IMG/VR virus record: IMGVR_UViG_3300040771_000130
Location: 1 to 38,194 of that record
DNA length: 38,194 nt
Reading direction: 5' to 3' (one strand)
Source of the DNA: a virus
Lineage: Duplodnaviria; Heunggongvirae; Uroviricota; Caudoviricetes; Crassvirales
Position numbers and translations under genes: made by a program. How positions within the stretch are numbered: position 1 is the stretch's first letter; every line of letters starts with the position of its first letter. This document shows, one piece after another, positions 29,601 through 37,365 of this stretch. The notes under the pieces are model-generated. The model was not told where the DNA came from, made no database searches, and was given only the letters and a program-made list of their open reading frames with translations.

Positions 29601-31769
29601 AACGTTTATTTAAAAGGTAAATACAGTTTAGCATTTAAAGAAGCTTTTGACAACGAATTAAGACCTGTTTTAAACGCTAGGAGAGATTATTATGAGTCTT
29701 CTATAGAATTAGGTCTTGAAGAAGGGGATATTCTCTCTAGTGACAAATATAAAGCTTTTAATTATCAAATTAGTCAATGGTATAAAAAATATACCACTAA
29801 AGATTCAAAACGTAAAACAATACCTAAAGCTGAATATTTAAATAAACCTTTAACTGGTACTGAAAAAGAAATATTAGACGGCTATATTAAAATTAATCAA
29901 GACAACAATGAAATTGAAGGTTTTGATTCATTAATTACTAATATTGCAGGAGCTGAGTTTCATAAATTACCATCTCAAAGTAAATCTGATTTAGAAAGAG
30001 CTTTAGAAGCTGATTTCAAAGGTATTACTAAAGATAAATGGAATGATTTAACTAAAATTAGAACTGACGATATCGGTATAGATAGTGGTAGTGAAGAAAA
30101 GAATAGTCAAGGTGATATTTTAAGACGTGTTAAAACTGCTTATAGAGGTAAAATAGACGCTAACGAACAATCTTTAGATTTAGAAACAATGTTTAGGAAT
30201 GAATATTGGAATGGTCAAAATGTTAAAGAAAAACTTAGACTTGAACCTAAACTATTAATGATTACTGATATAGCTAAAGATAAAGAATACTATACTGGTA
30301 AAAATAAAGAAGTTGTTGCTGGTTTAAGCAATACTTATAACAGATTGGTAGGTTTAATGGAACGTAACGTTTATGATGTTATGAGTAAAAGTGGTGGTAC
30401 ATTTGCAGGTGCAGATATTAATAAAGTAACAAGTGCTTTAAACGGATATGCAGCAGGTTTAGCTATGACATTTAACTTAGCATCAGGTGTTACCAACGTT
30501 GCAAATGGTTTAACCCAAGTATTAATTGAATCAGTAGGTGGTAATAGATTTAATACTAAAACATTTTTAAAAGCAGAAGCTAGATATACTAAAGAAATGA
30601 TGAATGGTAATTTACTTAAAAATATGAGTAAATCTGTTAAAACTTCTTACTTTAATCAACTTCTTGAAATGTTTGATGTAATGGGTGGTCTCGGTCAAAA
30701 TGAACAGGAAGCCTTACGTAACACTATTCTTAGAAAATTTGGAACTACTAAATCTGGTAATTTTTTAAATGAATCTGGTGAACATGCAATGCACGCAATA
30801 CTTACAGAATCTATATTAGATGGTATTAAAGCAATGGATGTTAATAACAACTACTTAGATAAAGATGGTAATGTAACTACTGAAAATAAAGGTGCTTCGT
30901 TAGCAGACATGTTGTATTTTGATAATAATGGTCAACTGCAAATGAATTCTAAAGTTGCATATTCAGGATTTAATTTAACTACTAAATATCACGAAGGTGG
31001 TAAATCTCAAATTAATTTATTAATTAAACACAAAGTATTTGATTTATTTGGTGTTTATGATATTAAATATAAAAATGAATTATCTAAAGCTTGGTGGGGT
31101 AAATCTATAATGATGTTTAAAAACTTCTTTATGGGTGCAGCTAATTACAGATATACAGGATTTGCTACATCTTATAAAAAGAAATCCGATTTATCAGAAG
31201 ACGATAAATTTTATAACTCTGCTGAAAAAGAATATATTGAAGGTACATATACAACACTTGTTAGATTTTTAAGAGAAACGGGTGTTCCAAATTTAAAAAG
31301 TTTGCAAACAATGTATATGAACTGGAATAATCTTACAGAGTATGAAAAGTCTAATGTTAAAAAAGCAACTATGGAAATAATGCTAACTGCTGTAATATTA
31401 CCTTCAATTGGTTTATTAATGGCTGGTATGGATGATGACGATGATGAAAGCAATTTACTGTGGTTTGCAATGTATGTAAATAGACGTTTAACACGAGAAC
31501 TTGCACAGTTTAGAAATCCAATTGAGGCTTCTAAAATGATTCAAAACCCTGTTGCAGGTATTAGATTTATTCAAAACGGATTAAATTTTATATATGATGT
31601 TGCAACACCTATTAACTTTGCACCAGTTGAAAATGAATCAATATTTGGATATTTAGATGAAAATTCTAAAGGTGAAAACAAAATGAGTAAACACTTAACT
31701 AAACTTATACCAATTATTCCTCAAATGGGAGTAGATTATAGACAGAGGTTTGGGTTAGAATTTAAATAA
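26652..31769 (+). CDS. Giant ejected polyvalent protein with two zincin-like HExxH domains and a C-terminal hydrophobic segment (1705 aa)
   Basis: FLHEISH (27123-37) and FLHEVAH (28239-53), each followed by a downstream Glu (EEYIVRA, EFVAE). C-terminal IMLTAVILPSIGLLMAG and LLWFAMYV. Confidence 0.7.
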   Translation: MNCKDKKKFKTAEASSKASLRTKGAIDAFLNILDVNKFNKLNKEWTVDAVKRFDITGKLFYNENDKAVANKEAFKQIDNAKGVNYSINENKSISNSIFESDNKQIIKSLQKFAKDKKVNLNFVDFKDEKGFTTYGSYDKKTNSVNLNENNIDSSTFLHEISHPFVTYLNSKNPELFNKVYKEAKKLYPEISSFLDIEAYSNMPESWKQEEYIVRAIEKEYKIKDLKVRRSILNKFLDFIKELFGIENNIKISEDATIKDLYQIILSNNVVKLDVKMTDNIARRELENIENYFDIKISNTNEKLLALRGKLSNFKDNVKIGDFQIDNSVLEEVGPLEYEVTKEIYDNQLFNITDAIDNLETQIEALESLKKQNQIQIRKNIKGYYNIKPEIDRVNFNDLIGSKKNEVTSNESQENSETNSNLDTNQTMLFGTKSLKDSFTSTEVLQNIINSNLDLSASTINLIDKATKLLRNSKTRVKVISQEQFDKMTTNSEGEGTAVMAYNYDLGSVIYMPESTLSNFSNLDIVSSFLHEVAHELSLKAILNPETMSEIAFNEFITKAFEQYKYLGKGLNNSNSYGFTNIQEFVAELYSNDKFQNEIKSLDKNFWQRFISELRRLLGLPKSLRNDNLIDSILLIEKVNDFINENDSQLENYKLAGLKSSRILAKRIEDDSQYSSLESKIDNFIAKAKKAMQSIQERTIKSNRKKSTESKEENIRRNKELLDTLTKYETSQKWKAVVGYTQSFNNTINQVNDLLDKLLNTKNIYEDQLESTIKRYKDYLSAYDLLPEIKELMSQADLKLFELTDEEKEDYQQLKDFLSKAKEKHDAIESKFLAISKAQVLQDFSNPLFNTEVETKQREFLIREYNSLSDKGGLSVEQYVSKMLTTRDKDDYEVDLKASAEKILNDPSQDISGFSAKLDDQLNTKSKLIQVVNQMLGASFDAVKTLTVTKIKEMSKTFEKFIKEKGNVKLSVLNKNLIEKDSEGNVYLKGKYSLAFKEAFDNELRPVLNARRDYYESSIELGLEEGDILSSDKYKAFNYQISQWYKKYTTKDSKRKTIPKAEYLNKPLTGTEKEILDGYIKINQDNNEIEGFDSLITNIAGAEFHKLPSQSKSDLERALEADFKGITKDKWNDLTKIRTDDIGIDSGSEEKNSQGDILRRVKTAYRGKIDANEQSLDLETMFRNEYWNGQNVKEKLRLEPKLLMITDIAKDKEYYTGKNKEVVAGLSNTYNRLVGLMERNVYDVMSKSGGTFAGADINKVTSALNGYAAGLAMTFNLASGVTNVANGLTQVLIESVGGNRFNTKTFLKAEARYTKEMMNGNLLKNMSKSVKTSYFNQLLEMFDVMGGLGQNEQEALRNTILRKFGTTKSGNFLNESGEHAMHAILTESILDGIKAMDVNNNYLDKDGNVTTENKGASLADMLYFDNNGQLQMNSKVAYSGFNLTTKYHEGGKSQINLLIKHKVFDLFGVYDIKYKNELSKAWWGKSIMMFKNFFMGAANYRYTGFATSYKKKSDLSEDDKFYNSAEKEYIEGTYTTLVRFLRETGVPNLKSLQTMYMNWNNLTEYEKSNVKKATMEIMLTAVILPSIGLLMAGMDDDDDESNLLWFAMYVNRRLTRELAQFRNPIEASKMIQNPVAGIRFIQNGLNFIYDVATPINFAPVENESIFGYLDENSKGENKMSKHLTKLIPIIPQMGVDYRQRFGLEFK

Positions 31770-31780
31770 TTAAAGGGTCT

Positions 31781-31832
31781 AAAAAAAAATAAAGGCGATG
31801 TAAAACCGTAATTGGTAATACATCGCCTTTTT
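31781..31832. terminator. Bidirectional intrinsic terminator between the convergent blocks
   Basis: 12-bp stem AAAGGCGATGTA (31791-802)/TACATCGCCTTT (31819-30), with an A-tract before it and a T-tract after it. Confidence 0.85.
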
Positions 31833-31836
31833 GTGT

Positions 31837-32052
31837 TTATTCAATATTTATGTGAAACGTTTTTAATAATTTACCATTTTCATCAATTTCTAGTTCAACT
31901 TCTTCAATTATTCCATCATCGTAATAGTTATCAATTTCATCTTCTGATTCTAAATTCAATGATTTTAAAGCTTCTTTTTTAGTATTATTTAGTTCTACAG
32001 TATTTGAACCGTCTCCACAATCCCAAGCAGATAACCATAATTTTATTTTCAT
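31837..32052 (-). CDS. Hypothetical acidic protein (71 aa)
   Basis: Last ORF of the overlapping minus-strand gene chain. Confidence 0.6.
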   Translation of the reverse strand: MKIKLWLSAWDCGDGSNTVELNNTKKEALKSLNLESEDEIDNYYDDGIIEEVELEIDENGKLLKTFHINIE

Positions 32053-32327
32053 TACTTATTAATTTTAGGTTTTTCAAAATATTTCATTGCAATATAATGC
32101 ATACTAATACTACCAATAACAGCACCTACAATGTAAGCAACCATTAGTATCCAATTATCAAAATTAGTTACTACGTGTCTAATTACTAATAACCAAATAC
32201 CATTTGATAATACTGAAGCAATTGTATGATAAGCTAAGTTATCACTATTCCTAGCTCTACTTACTAAAGTAAAGCTTGCATTTTGTAAGATAGTTAATCC
32301 TAACATTATTAAAATTTCTGAAATCAT
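32052..32327 (-). CDS. Small multi-pass membrane protein (91 aa)
   Basis: Three to four hydrophobic helices. Its stop codon overlaps the next start. Confidence 0.7.
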   Translation of the reverse strand: MISEILIMLGLTILQNASFTLVSRARNSDNLAYHTIASVLSNGIWLLVIRHVVTNFDNWILMVAYIVGAVIGSISMHYIAMKYFEKPKINK

Positions 32328-32328
32328 A

Positions 32329-32556
32329 TTATTTAATCAATTTTAAACAAGTTAAAGCTTCATTACTTCTAATATTCTTATTAAAGAATTTACCTTTACT
32401 TTCAGCATTTTGCAATTTATTAAAAAATTGTTGTGAAACAGGTGTGTAAACATAAAGTTTACCTGATTTAAAACTTACTGTTAAATCTTTTCTGTCATTA
32501 TTGTAATCTAAACTTTTAATTACAGAACTTTTTGGTGTATTTATTATATTATTCAT
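32329..32556 (-). CDS. KTSC domain protein
   Basis: SSVIKSLDY...LTVSFKSG..YVY..V....F..L..AESKGKFFN.NIR matches the KTSC pattern. Confidence 0.85.
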   Translation of the reverse strand: MNNIINTPKSSVIKSLDYNNDRKDLTVSFKSGKLYVYTPVSQQFFNKLQNAESKGKFFNKNIRSNEALTCLKLIK

Positions 32557-32965
32557 TTAATTGTTTTTCTAATTTTAATATTGAACTTTTATGAGATTCT
32601 ATTTTTTTCAAAATATTATTTCTAATTTCATTTTTAGATAGAATAATTTCTTCCAGTATAGAAATTTCTTCACCTAATTCTTCATCACATATTGATTGAT
32701 CTTTTCTATAGGAAGATCCTCTCACATGATAAGTGTTTCCTAGTATTTCAGACGTATAATCACAATGAACATAGCTTGAATCAACTTTTTCACTATAGTC
32801 ACCAGCATCTTTTATACACTCTCCTAATGGGATATGTAATAAATTGTCTTCATATTCTGTAAATTCATATGATTTATCCCAGTCAGGTAAATCTTTAAGA
32901 ATTTTAGTTACTAATTCTTTAATTTCATTTTGAGTTAAAACTCTATATTTATATTTTTTACTCAT
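32549..32965 (-). CDS. Hypothetical protein (138 aa)
   Basis: ORF overlapping both neighbours in the operon. Confidence 0.6.
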   Translation of the reverse strand: MSKKYKYRVLTQNEIKELVTKILKDLPDWDKSYEFTEYEDNLLHIPLGECIKDAGDYSEKVDSSYVHCDYTSEILGNTYHVRGSSYRKDQSICDEELGEEISILEEIILSKNEIRNNILKKIESHKSSILKLEKQLNE

Positions 32966-33295
32966 TTCTTTCTAACATTTTTACATTTATTGCAGGATAT
33001 GATTTGTAATTTTCTAATTTAAAATCTTGAATTTCAATATTAGATAATAAATTACTTAAACTACAAGTTTCTAAACCATAAGTTTTAATTCTATAATATT
33101 CAGCTCTATCTTCAATATTTAGTTCACATTTATTATATTTATCAACATCTCTACTTAATTGTTCTTTAACAGCATTTAAACTATTATCATACAAATGAAC
33201 CTTATTTAAGTTACCTTGTATACCTAATGCTTTATAACCAGTTACCTTCTCTAAAATCAACGCTAATGTAGCGTAGGAAGCTATGTTATAAGGTA
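32958..33295 (-). CDS. thyA: Thymidylate synthase, exon 2
   Basis: After splicing, GGG T|TA CCT TAT AAC restores DTFLG-L-PYNIASY. The exon contains VHLYDN and ends YPAINVKMLERNE. Confidence 0.88.
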
Positions 33296-33441
33296 CATTG
33301 TGTTTATTATTAGACGCAACTCTAATAACCTGTGAGATACACAGCACTATATTACTATAGTGTTCAGACTATATCATCTAAGATCAGCTTTTCCAACACC
33401 ATAAGCTTGTGTTGTACTCCTTTCGGATAGTCGTTAGGCAT

Positions 33442-34161
33442 TTATTTATAATTATAATTTATAAACTTTTTATTTGGACTGTTTATTCTAAAACATATAG
33501 TAGTAACATGGATTCCTAATTGTCTACTAGCTTCAGATAATGAAGAATATTCCATATTTTCAATAATTACAATTTTTGATTGTATACCGTTAAATTTACC
33601 TAAAGAAGATACTCTCATTTTATCTTTAGATTCTTTACTATGTGTTTTATTATAAAATGGATTATTTATTCCAGTTCTATCTTTACATTTATTACACTCA
33701 ATAGTATTACTATTAATTCTATTTCCACATTTACAAAAAGTTTTCCCACCTTTCCAATTAGAATTATTTTCTTTAAATCTTGGAAGTCTTTTTACATTTT
33801 GCAATCTTTGTGTTGCATTTTTAATTAATTGCTCTCTATTTGGATGATTAGAAATCATATCACCACCAGTTGCTGTTTTTGAAACATTATATAAATCGTT
33901 AAAATCAAGAAAATCTAAAATTTGTTGCTCTCGTTTAATATAATTAAATGATGTTTCAATGCAAATATATTCAAAATTTTCAAGACCGTGTTTATTAACA
34001 GATCTTTGTAAATGAATACAGTGATGTGTATTATTTTTTAATTCTCGAAAATGTCTCAATTTTCTTTTATGTAAATCTTTTGTAGAACCAATATAAAATT
34101 TACCATTAATTTTGTTCAGGATTATATAAATATAACCAAATTTTATTATACTATTTTTCAT
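33442..34161 (-). CDS. Intron-encoded GIY-YIG homing endonuclease (I-TevI-like architecture)
   Basis: GYIYIILNKINGKFYIGST..L.KR...H, a Cys4 zinc finger (CKC...CNKC), NUMOD3 (FYNKTHSKESKDKMR) and a C-terminal HTH. Confidence 0.9.
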   Translation of the reverse strand: MKNSIIKFGYIYIILNKINGKFYIGSTKDLHKRKLRHFRELKNNTHHCIHLQRSVNKHGLENFEYICIETSFNYIKREQQILDFLDFNDLYNVSKTATGGDMISNHPNREQLIKNATQRLQNVKRLPRFKENNSNWKGGKTFCKCGNRINSNTIECNKCKDRTGINNPFYNKTHSKESKDKMRVSSLGKFNGIQSKIVIIENMEYSSLSEASRQLGIHVTTICFRINSPNKKFINYNYK

Positions 34162-34165
34162 AGTA

Positions 34166-34197
34166 CAAAGATAAACTAATTATATGGTAATTCCAAA
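34166..34197 (-). promoter_or_regulatory. Bacteroidota sigma70-type promoter inside the thyA intron
   Basis: On the minus strand: TTTG (34197-94), a 20-nt spacer, and TATCTTTG (34173-66), 4 nt upstream of the endonuclease ATG. Confidence 0.75.
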
Positions 34198-34301
34198 TAA
34201 ATATCGATTTATTTTATATTTTTTTTAATTATAAAATTTAGCACGGGATTGTCCTCGCAGGATATCCCCCGTTTAACTGATTTTTACTTGGGCAACCTTT
34301 C

Positions 34302-35034
34302 ACCCAAGGAATGTGTCAACACTTCTTTGATTCCAATGAAGTTCAAATCCATATTCTGTTACTAAACTAGAATTTAGATACACATCAAGACGTTCTTGTT
34401 TATTTAGAGGTCTTACAACTACTTGAAATCCATAATGACATGGTGGTAAAGCCATATCTGGTAAATCACCAGGATTCCAAGCATTTACAATATGATCTGT
34501 AGCTAAAGGTTTTACTTTAAGATTATGAATTAGTCTTGCAATTTGATCTACTGAATTTGCAATCCAATTTCCGTTATTTTTATCATAATTATGTTTTGCT
34601 CCTACAAAACTTCTCCATTGCTTACCATAAACAAGTCCTAAATCTCCAAGTTTATAATAACGAGTACTCATTGACAACTTGTCAGCTTTTATTCGTTCAA
34701 TAAACTCTTTAATATCCATTGGTATACCACCTATAAAATCTTTAGTTTTTACATAATAATTATAAGCATCTTTATTCCAAATATTGCAACCATTATCTAC
34801 AAGATATTTAATATTTGTACCACCACGTAAAAACCATATTAACTCTGTTACAACATTTTTGTAATGGAGTTTTTTTGTAGTTATTGCTGGAAAACTATCT
34901 TTAAATTCATGTTTAAAAGTATGTGATAATATTTCTAACCTGTTAACACCTTTTCTATTTGGGTCTTCATATGTATAACCTTCTAAAAGTATTTTTTTAA
35001 GAAGATTATGATATGTTACATCTATTTTACTCAT
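34302..35034 (-). CDS. thyA: Thymidylate synthase, exon 1
   Basis: FPAITTKK, ELIWFLRG, DLGLVYGKQWR, NAWNP..MALPPCH and QRSVDTFLG. The spliced product is 356 aa. Confidence 0.92.
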
Positions 35035-35219
35035 AATTCAATAACTTTCCATTGTTCGTGAATAACACAATCATCATTAATTTCTAATTCTTCAAGACTA
35101 ATACCTCTATCATCTGCAATATATTGTTTGACAATTTCTTCAGATTCAGCTTTATAAACACCCATTACACAATCCCATCCTAGTTCAGGGTTAGTTATTA
35201 CATATATATTTTTACTCAT
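35031..35219 (-). CDS. Hypothetical protein (62 aa)
   Basis: ORF overlapping both neighbours. Confidence 0.6.
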   Translation of the reverse strand: MSKNIYVITNPELGWDCVMGVYKAESEEIVKQYIADDRGISLEELEINDDCVIHEQWKVIEL

Positions 35220-35691
35220 TTAATAATTCTTCTAAAGTTTTAGGTTGATAATTTATTACTTCTGCAGATACGTTAATATAACGTTTATCTGGTAAAGTAT
35301 TTTCATGTACGTGAGCATGAATATTATATTTAAATCTATATTCTAGTTCACAAGGATGAATTGGACAATGTGTTAATATAAATTGTTTTTTATAATTAAC
35401 CATTCCTGCAATTTTATTTACATATTGTTGCAAAACTTTTGTATGTTGACCTTCATCATAGTTACCTAATACTACATGTTTAATACCATTTAATTTATTA
35501 AGTATTTCGTAACTAGCTTTTTCCATTGTAATATCACCGAGTAAATAAGTAGTATCTTTTTTATTTACAACAGAATTCCACTGTTTTATAAAAAATTCTT
35601 CATATTCAAATTCATCTTTAAAACCACGTCTTATAGCCATATCTTTATGTCCAAAATGAGTACATCCTATAAATCTAACTACACTCATCAT
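35212..35691 (-). CDS. Small calcineurin-like phosphoesterase (variant motifs)
   Basis: GCTHFGH, LLGDI, GNYD, LTHCP and NIHAHVH. Confidence 0.75.
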   Translation of the reverse strand: MMSVVRFIGCTHFGHKDMAIRRGFKDEFEYEEFFIKQWNSVVNKKDTTYLLGDITMEKASYEILNKLNGIKHVVLGNYDEGQHTKVLQQYVNKIAGMVNYKKQFILTHCPIHPCELEYRFKYNIHAHVHENTLPDKRYINVSAEVINYQPKTLEELLNE

Positions 35692-36110
35692 TTTCCAGTT
35701 GAGCCAAAACCACCTTCACCTCTTAAAGTTTCTGATAATTCATCAACTTCTTCAAATTTAATCTGTGGATACGGTATAATTAATAATTGTCCAACTCTAT
35801 CTCCCACATCATATACTAATCCTTCTTCAGAATATCTATATTTAAACATGATAGAACCTCTATAACCAGAATCAATTACTCCTACAGAATTAGATAATAT
35901 TAATGTTGTTTTATTTATAGAACTTCTTGGAAATAGCAATCCTACATAACCTTCTGGTATTTCTACAGCTATTCCTGTATCATAAGTAACCATTGTATTA
36001 TTATCATTCCATTTTTCACTAATTGCTGTTAAATCAAGACCACCGTCACCTTTTTTTTGATAACTTGGTATAATAGCATTAATATTTAATTTTTTAATCT
36101 TAACTTTCAT
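35688..36110 (-). CDS. dut: Trimeric dUTPase
   Basis: All five motifs are present: GDGGLDL, PRSS, GVIDSGYRG, GDRVGQ and RGEGGFGSTG. Confidence 0.95.
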   Translation of the reverse strand: MKVKIKKLNINAIIPSYQKKGDGGLDLTAISEKWNDNNTMVTYDTGIAVEIPEGYVGLLFPRSSINKTTLILSNSVGVIDSGYRGSIMFKYRYSEEGLVYDVGDRVGQLLIIPYPQIKFEEVDELSETLRGEGGFGSTGK

Positions 36111-36492
36111 TTTGATCTACTTTTAAAAATTCATTTGAAGACCAGTATTTTTGATGATCTTGTTCTTCACTGTATTGTTCAATTTTGTCAATAATAGATG
36201 CTTTTTTAATAAGAAGATAAATTAAATTATCATCAAATTTTTCATTAACTGTTGTAATTTTAGGTAAAATACCTTTTTCTAAATCATTTGTCATATCTGC
36301 AATAGATATTTCATGTTTTAAAAGAAATCCATCTAGTACTTTTTCACGTATTAAACCACTTCTTTTACTTCCTTCATCAAAATTATGAAATACATTATTA
36401 TTACGTCTATATTCTTTACCTTTTACAACTAAAAGATTTCTAAGATGTTCTAGTGTAGCTTCAATTGTTTCGTCAAATTTTTTTTCTGTCAT
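36100..36492 (-). CDS. All-alpha nucleotide-modification-associated / MazG-fold-like protein (tentative)
   Basis: The pattern KGKEY...FHNF...KH...KFDDNLIYL resembles phage DUF1599-like helical proteins. It is adjacent to dut. Confidence 0.4.
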   Translation of the reverse strand: MTEKKFDETIEATLEHLRNLLVVKGKEYRRNNNVFHNFDEGSKRSGLIREKVLDGFLLKHEISIADMTNDLEKGILPKITTVNEKFDDNLIYLLIKKASIIDKIEQYSEEQDHQKYWSSNEFLKVDQNES

Positions 36493-36720
36493 TTATTCAA
36501 AAAATTTATTAATATTAGTTAACATTTTTTGATTTTTATCTTTTTGAAATTCTAAAATATCTAACTCATCAGTTAACATTTTAATTTGATCTAATTTTTT
36601 TGTAGATTCTATATTAATTTCATTGTTAATTTTAGAAATATCATTTTTAGTTTTTTCAAACACTGAAACAATACTTTCACTTTTTTCAATTAATGACTGT
36701 AATTTTGTTTTTCCTAACAT
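36493..36720 (-). CDS. Hypothetical coiled-coil protein (75 aa)
   Basis: Heptad-like Leu/Ile periodicity, within the operon. Confidence 0.6.
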   Translation of the reverse strand: MLGKTKLQSLIEKSESIVSVFEKTKNDISKINNEINIESTKKLDQIKMLTDELDILEFQKDKNQKMLTNINKFFE

Positions 36721-36729
36721 ATTTTTAAT

Positions 36730-37191
36730 TTAATTATTAATTCTTTTATTAAAGTATTCTAAATAATCTTTTGGTAATTGGTCAATTGATTTATATTTTT
36801 CAAAAAAGTTAATTATATTTTTAATATGATCTGTTTTTAAATCTTTTAATAAAACATGTTTAACTTTTTTACGTTTATTACCATTTTTATAGTAAAGAAC
36901 TCCCCAAAACTTAACATCTTCAATTTTACAATAACCATTATTAATTAACCAATCACTTTCTTCTATATTCCAAATATGATTTTCAATATCCATATTTGGA
37001 ATTAATCTTAAATAACACAATAATTGACCAAATCTTGCATCTGGGTGTTTTAACCAAGTTTTTTTAATTTCATCACAATTTTCCATTACATTATCTAACA
37101 ATTTATTAGAAAAAGTGTTTAAAAATTTTTTTAAAATATCATCATTTAAAAGCAAATTTAAGCAAATTGGTATTCTTTTAGGATTTCTCAT
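36730..37191 (-). CDS. Hypothetical protein (153 aa)
   Basis: ORF in the operon, with 'MRNPKRI...W..HPD.RFGQL'. Confidence 0.6.
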   Translation of the reverse strand: MRNPKRIPICLNLLLNDDILKKFLNTFSNKLLDNVMENCDEIKKTWLKHPDARFGQLLCYLRLIPNMDIENHIWNIEESDWLINNGYCKIEDVKFWGVLYYKNGNKRKKVKHVLLKDLKTDHIKNIINFFEKYKSIDQLPKDYLEYFNKRINN

Positions 37192-37355
37192 AAATGTATT
37201 TTAAATTTATATTGAATATAATCTAGTTCTTTTAATTGACCTTCTAAAATAGCAACTTCTTCTTTATTTACAATCTTACTCAGTTTTTCACCTTTAGCAG
37301 ATTTTAATTTACTTTTAAGATTATTTTTTCTATCGTTAAACCATTTTTCATTCAT
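37188..37355 (-). CDS. Small hypothetical protein (55 aa), absent from the ORF track
   Basis: Manual translation gives MNEKWFNDRKNNLKSKLKSAKGEKLSKIVNKEEVAILEGQLKELDYIQYKFKIHL*. It fills the gap exactly, and its TGA overlaps the next ATG. Confidence 0.6.
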   Translation of the reverse strand: MNEKWFNDRKNNLKSKLKSAKGEKLSKIVNKEEVAILEGQLKELDYIQYKFKIHL

Positions 37356-37365
37356 AATAATGTAT

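Larger units (their letters stand above)
33296..34301 (-). mobile_element. Group I intron (1006 nt, T4 td-like, IA2) in thyA
   Basis: P1 is CTTGGGT|GAAAGGTT-GCCCAAG, with a U-G pair at the splice site. Core 'AAACGGGGGA...AATCCCGTGCTAAA', R 'TGCCTAACGACTAT', S 'GATATAGTCTG'. P9 is CACTATA-GTAA-TATAGTG. The terminal G is at 33296. Confidence 0.92.

Noticed and set aside
33296-33347. GTG start of ORF 32958..33347 (MLCISQVIR...)
   Set aside because: This stretch is intron P9 sequence. The coding part begins at 33295 after splicing.
32958-35034. ThyA homologue acting as a dCMP hydroxymethylase or base-modification enzyme
   Set aside because: It retains the Asn of PYNIASY that specifies dUMP (Asp in dCMP-modifying enzymes), and no glycosyltransferase or kinase partners are seen in the window.
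1573-35865. Short antisense ORFs in the track (e.g. 1573..1800, 3893..4099, 8582..8797, 14818..15300, 16192..16440, 19715..20071, 24170..24358, 25121..25375, 31211..31453, 33640..33828, 35647..35865)
   Set aside because: They lie opposite well-supported genes, lack recognisable motifs and show the shadow-frame composition expected in AT-rich DNA.
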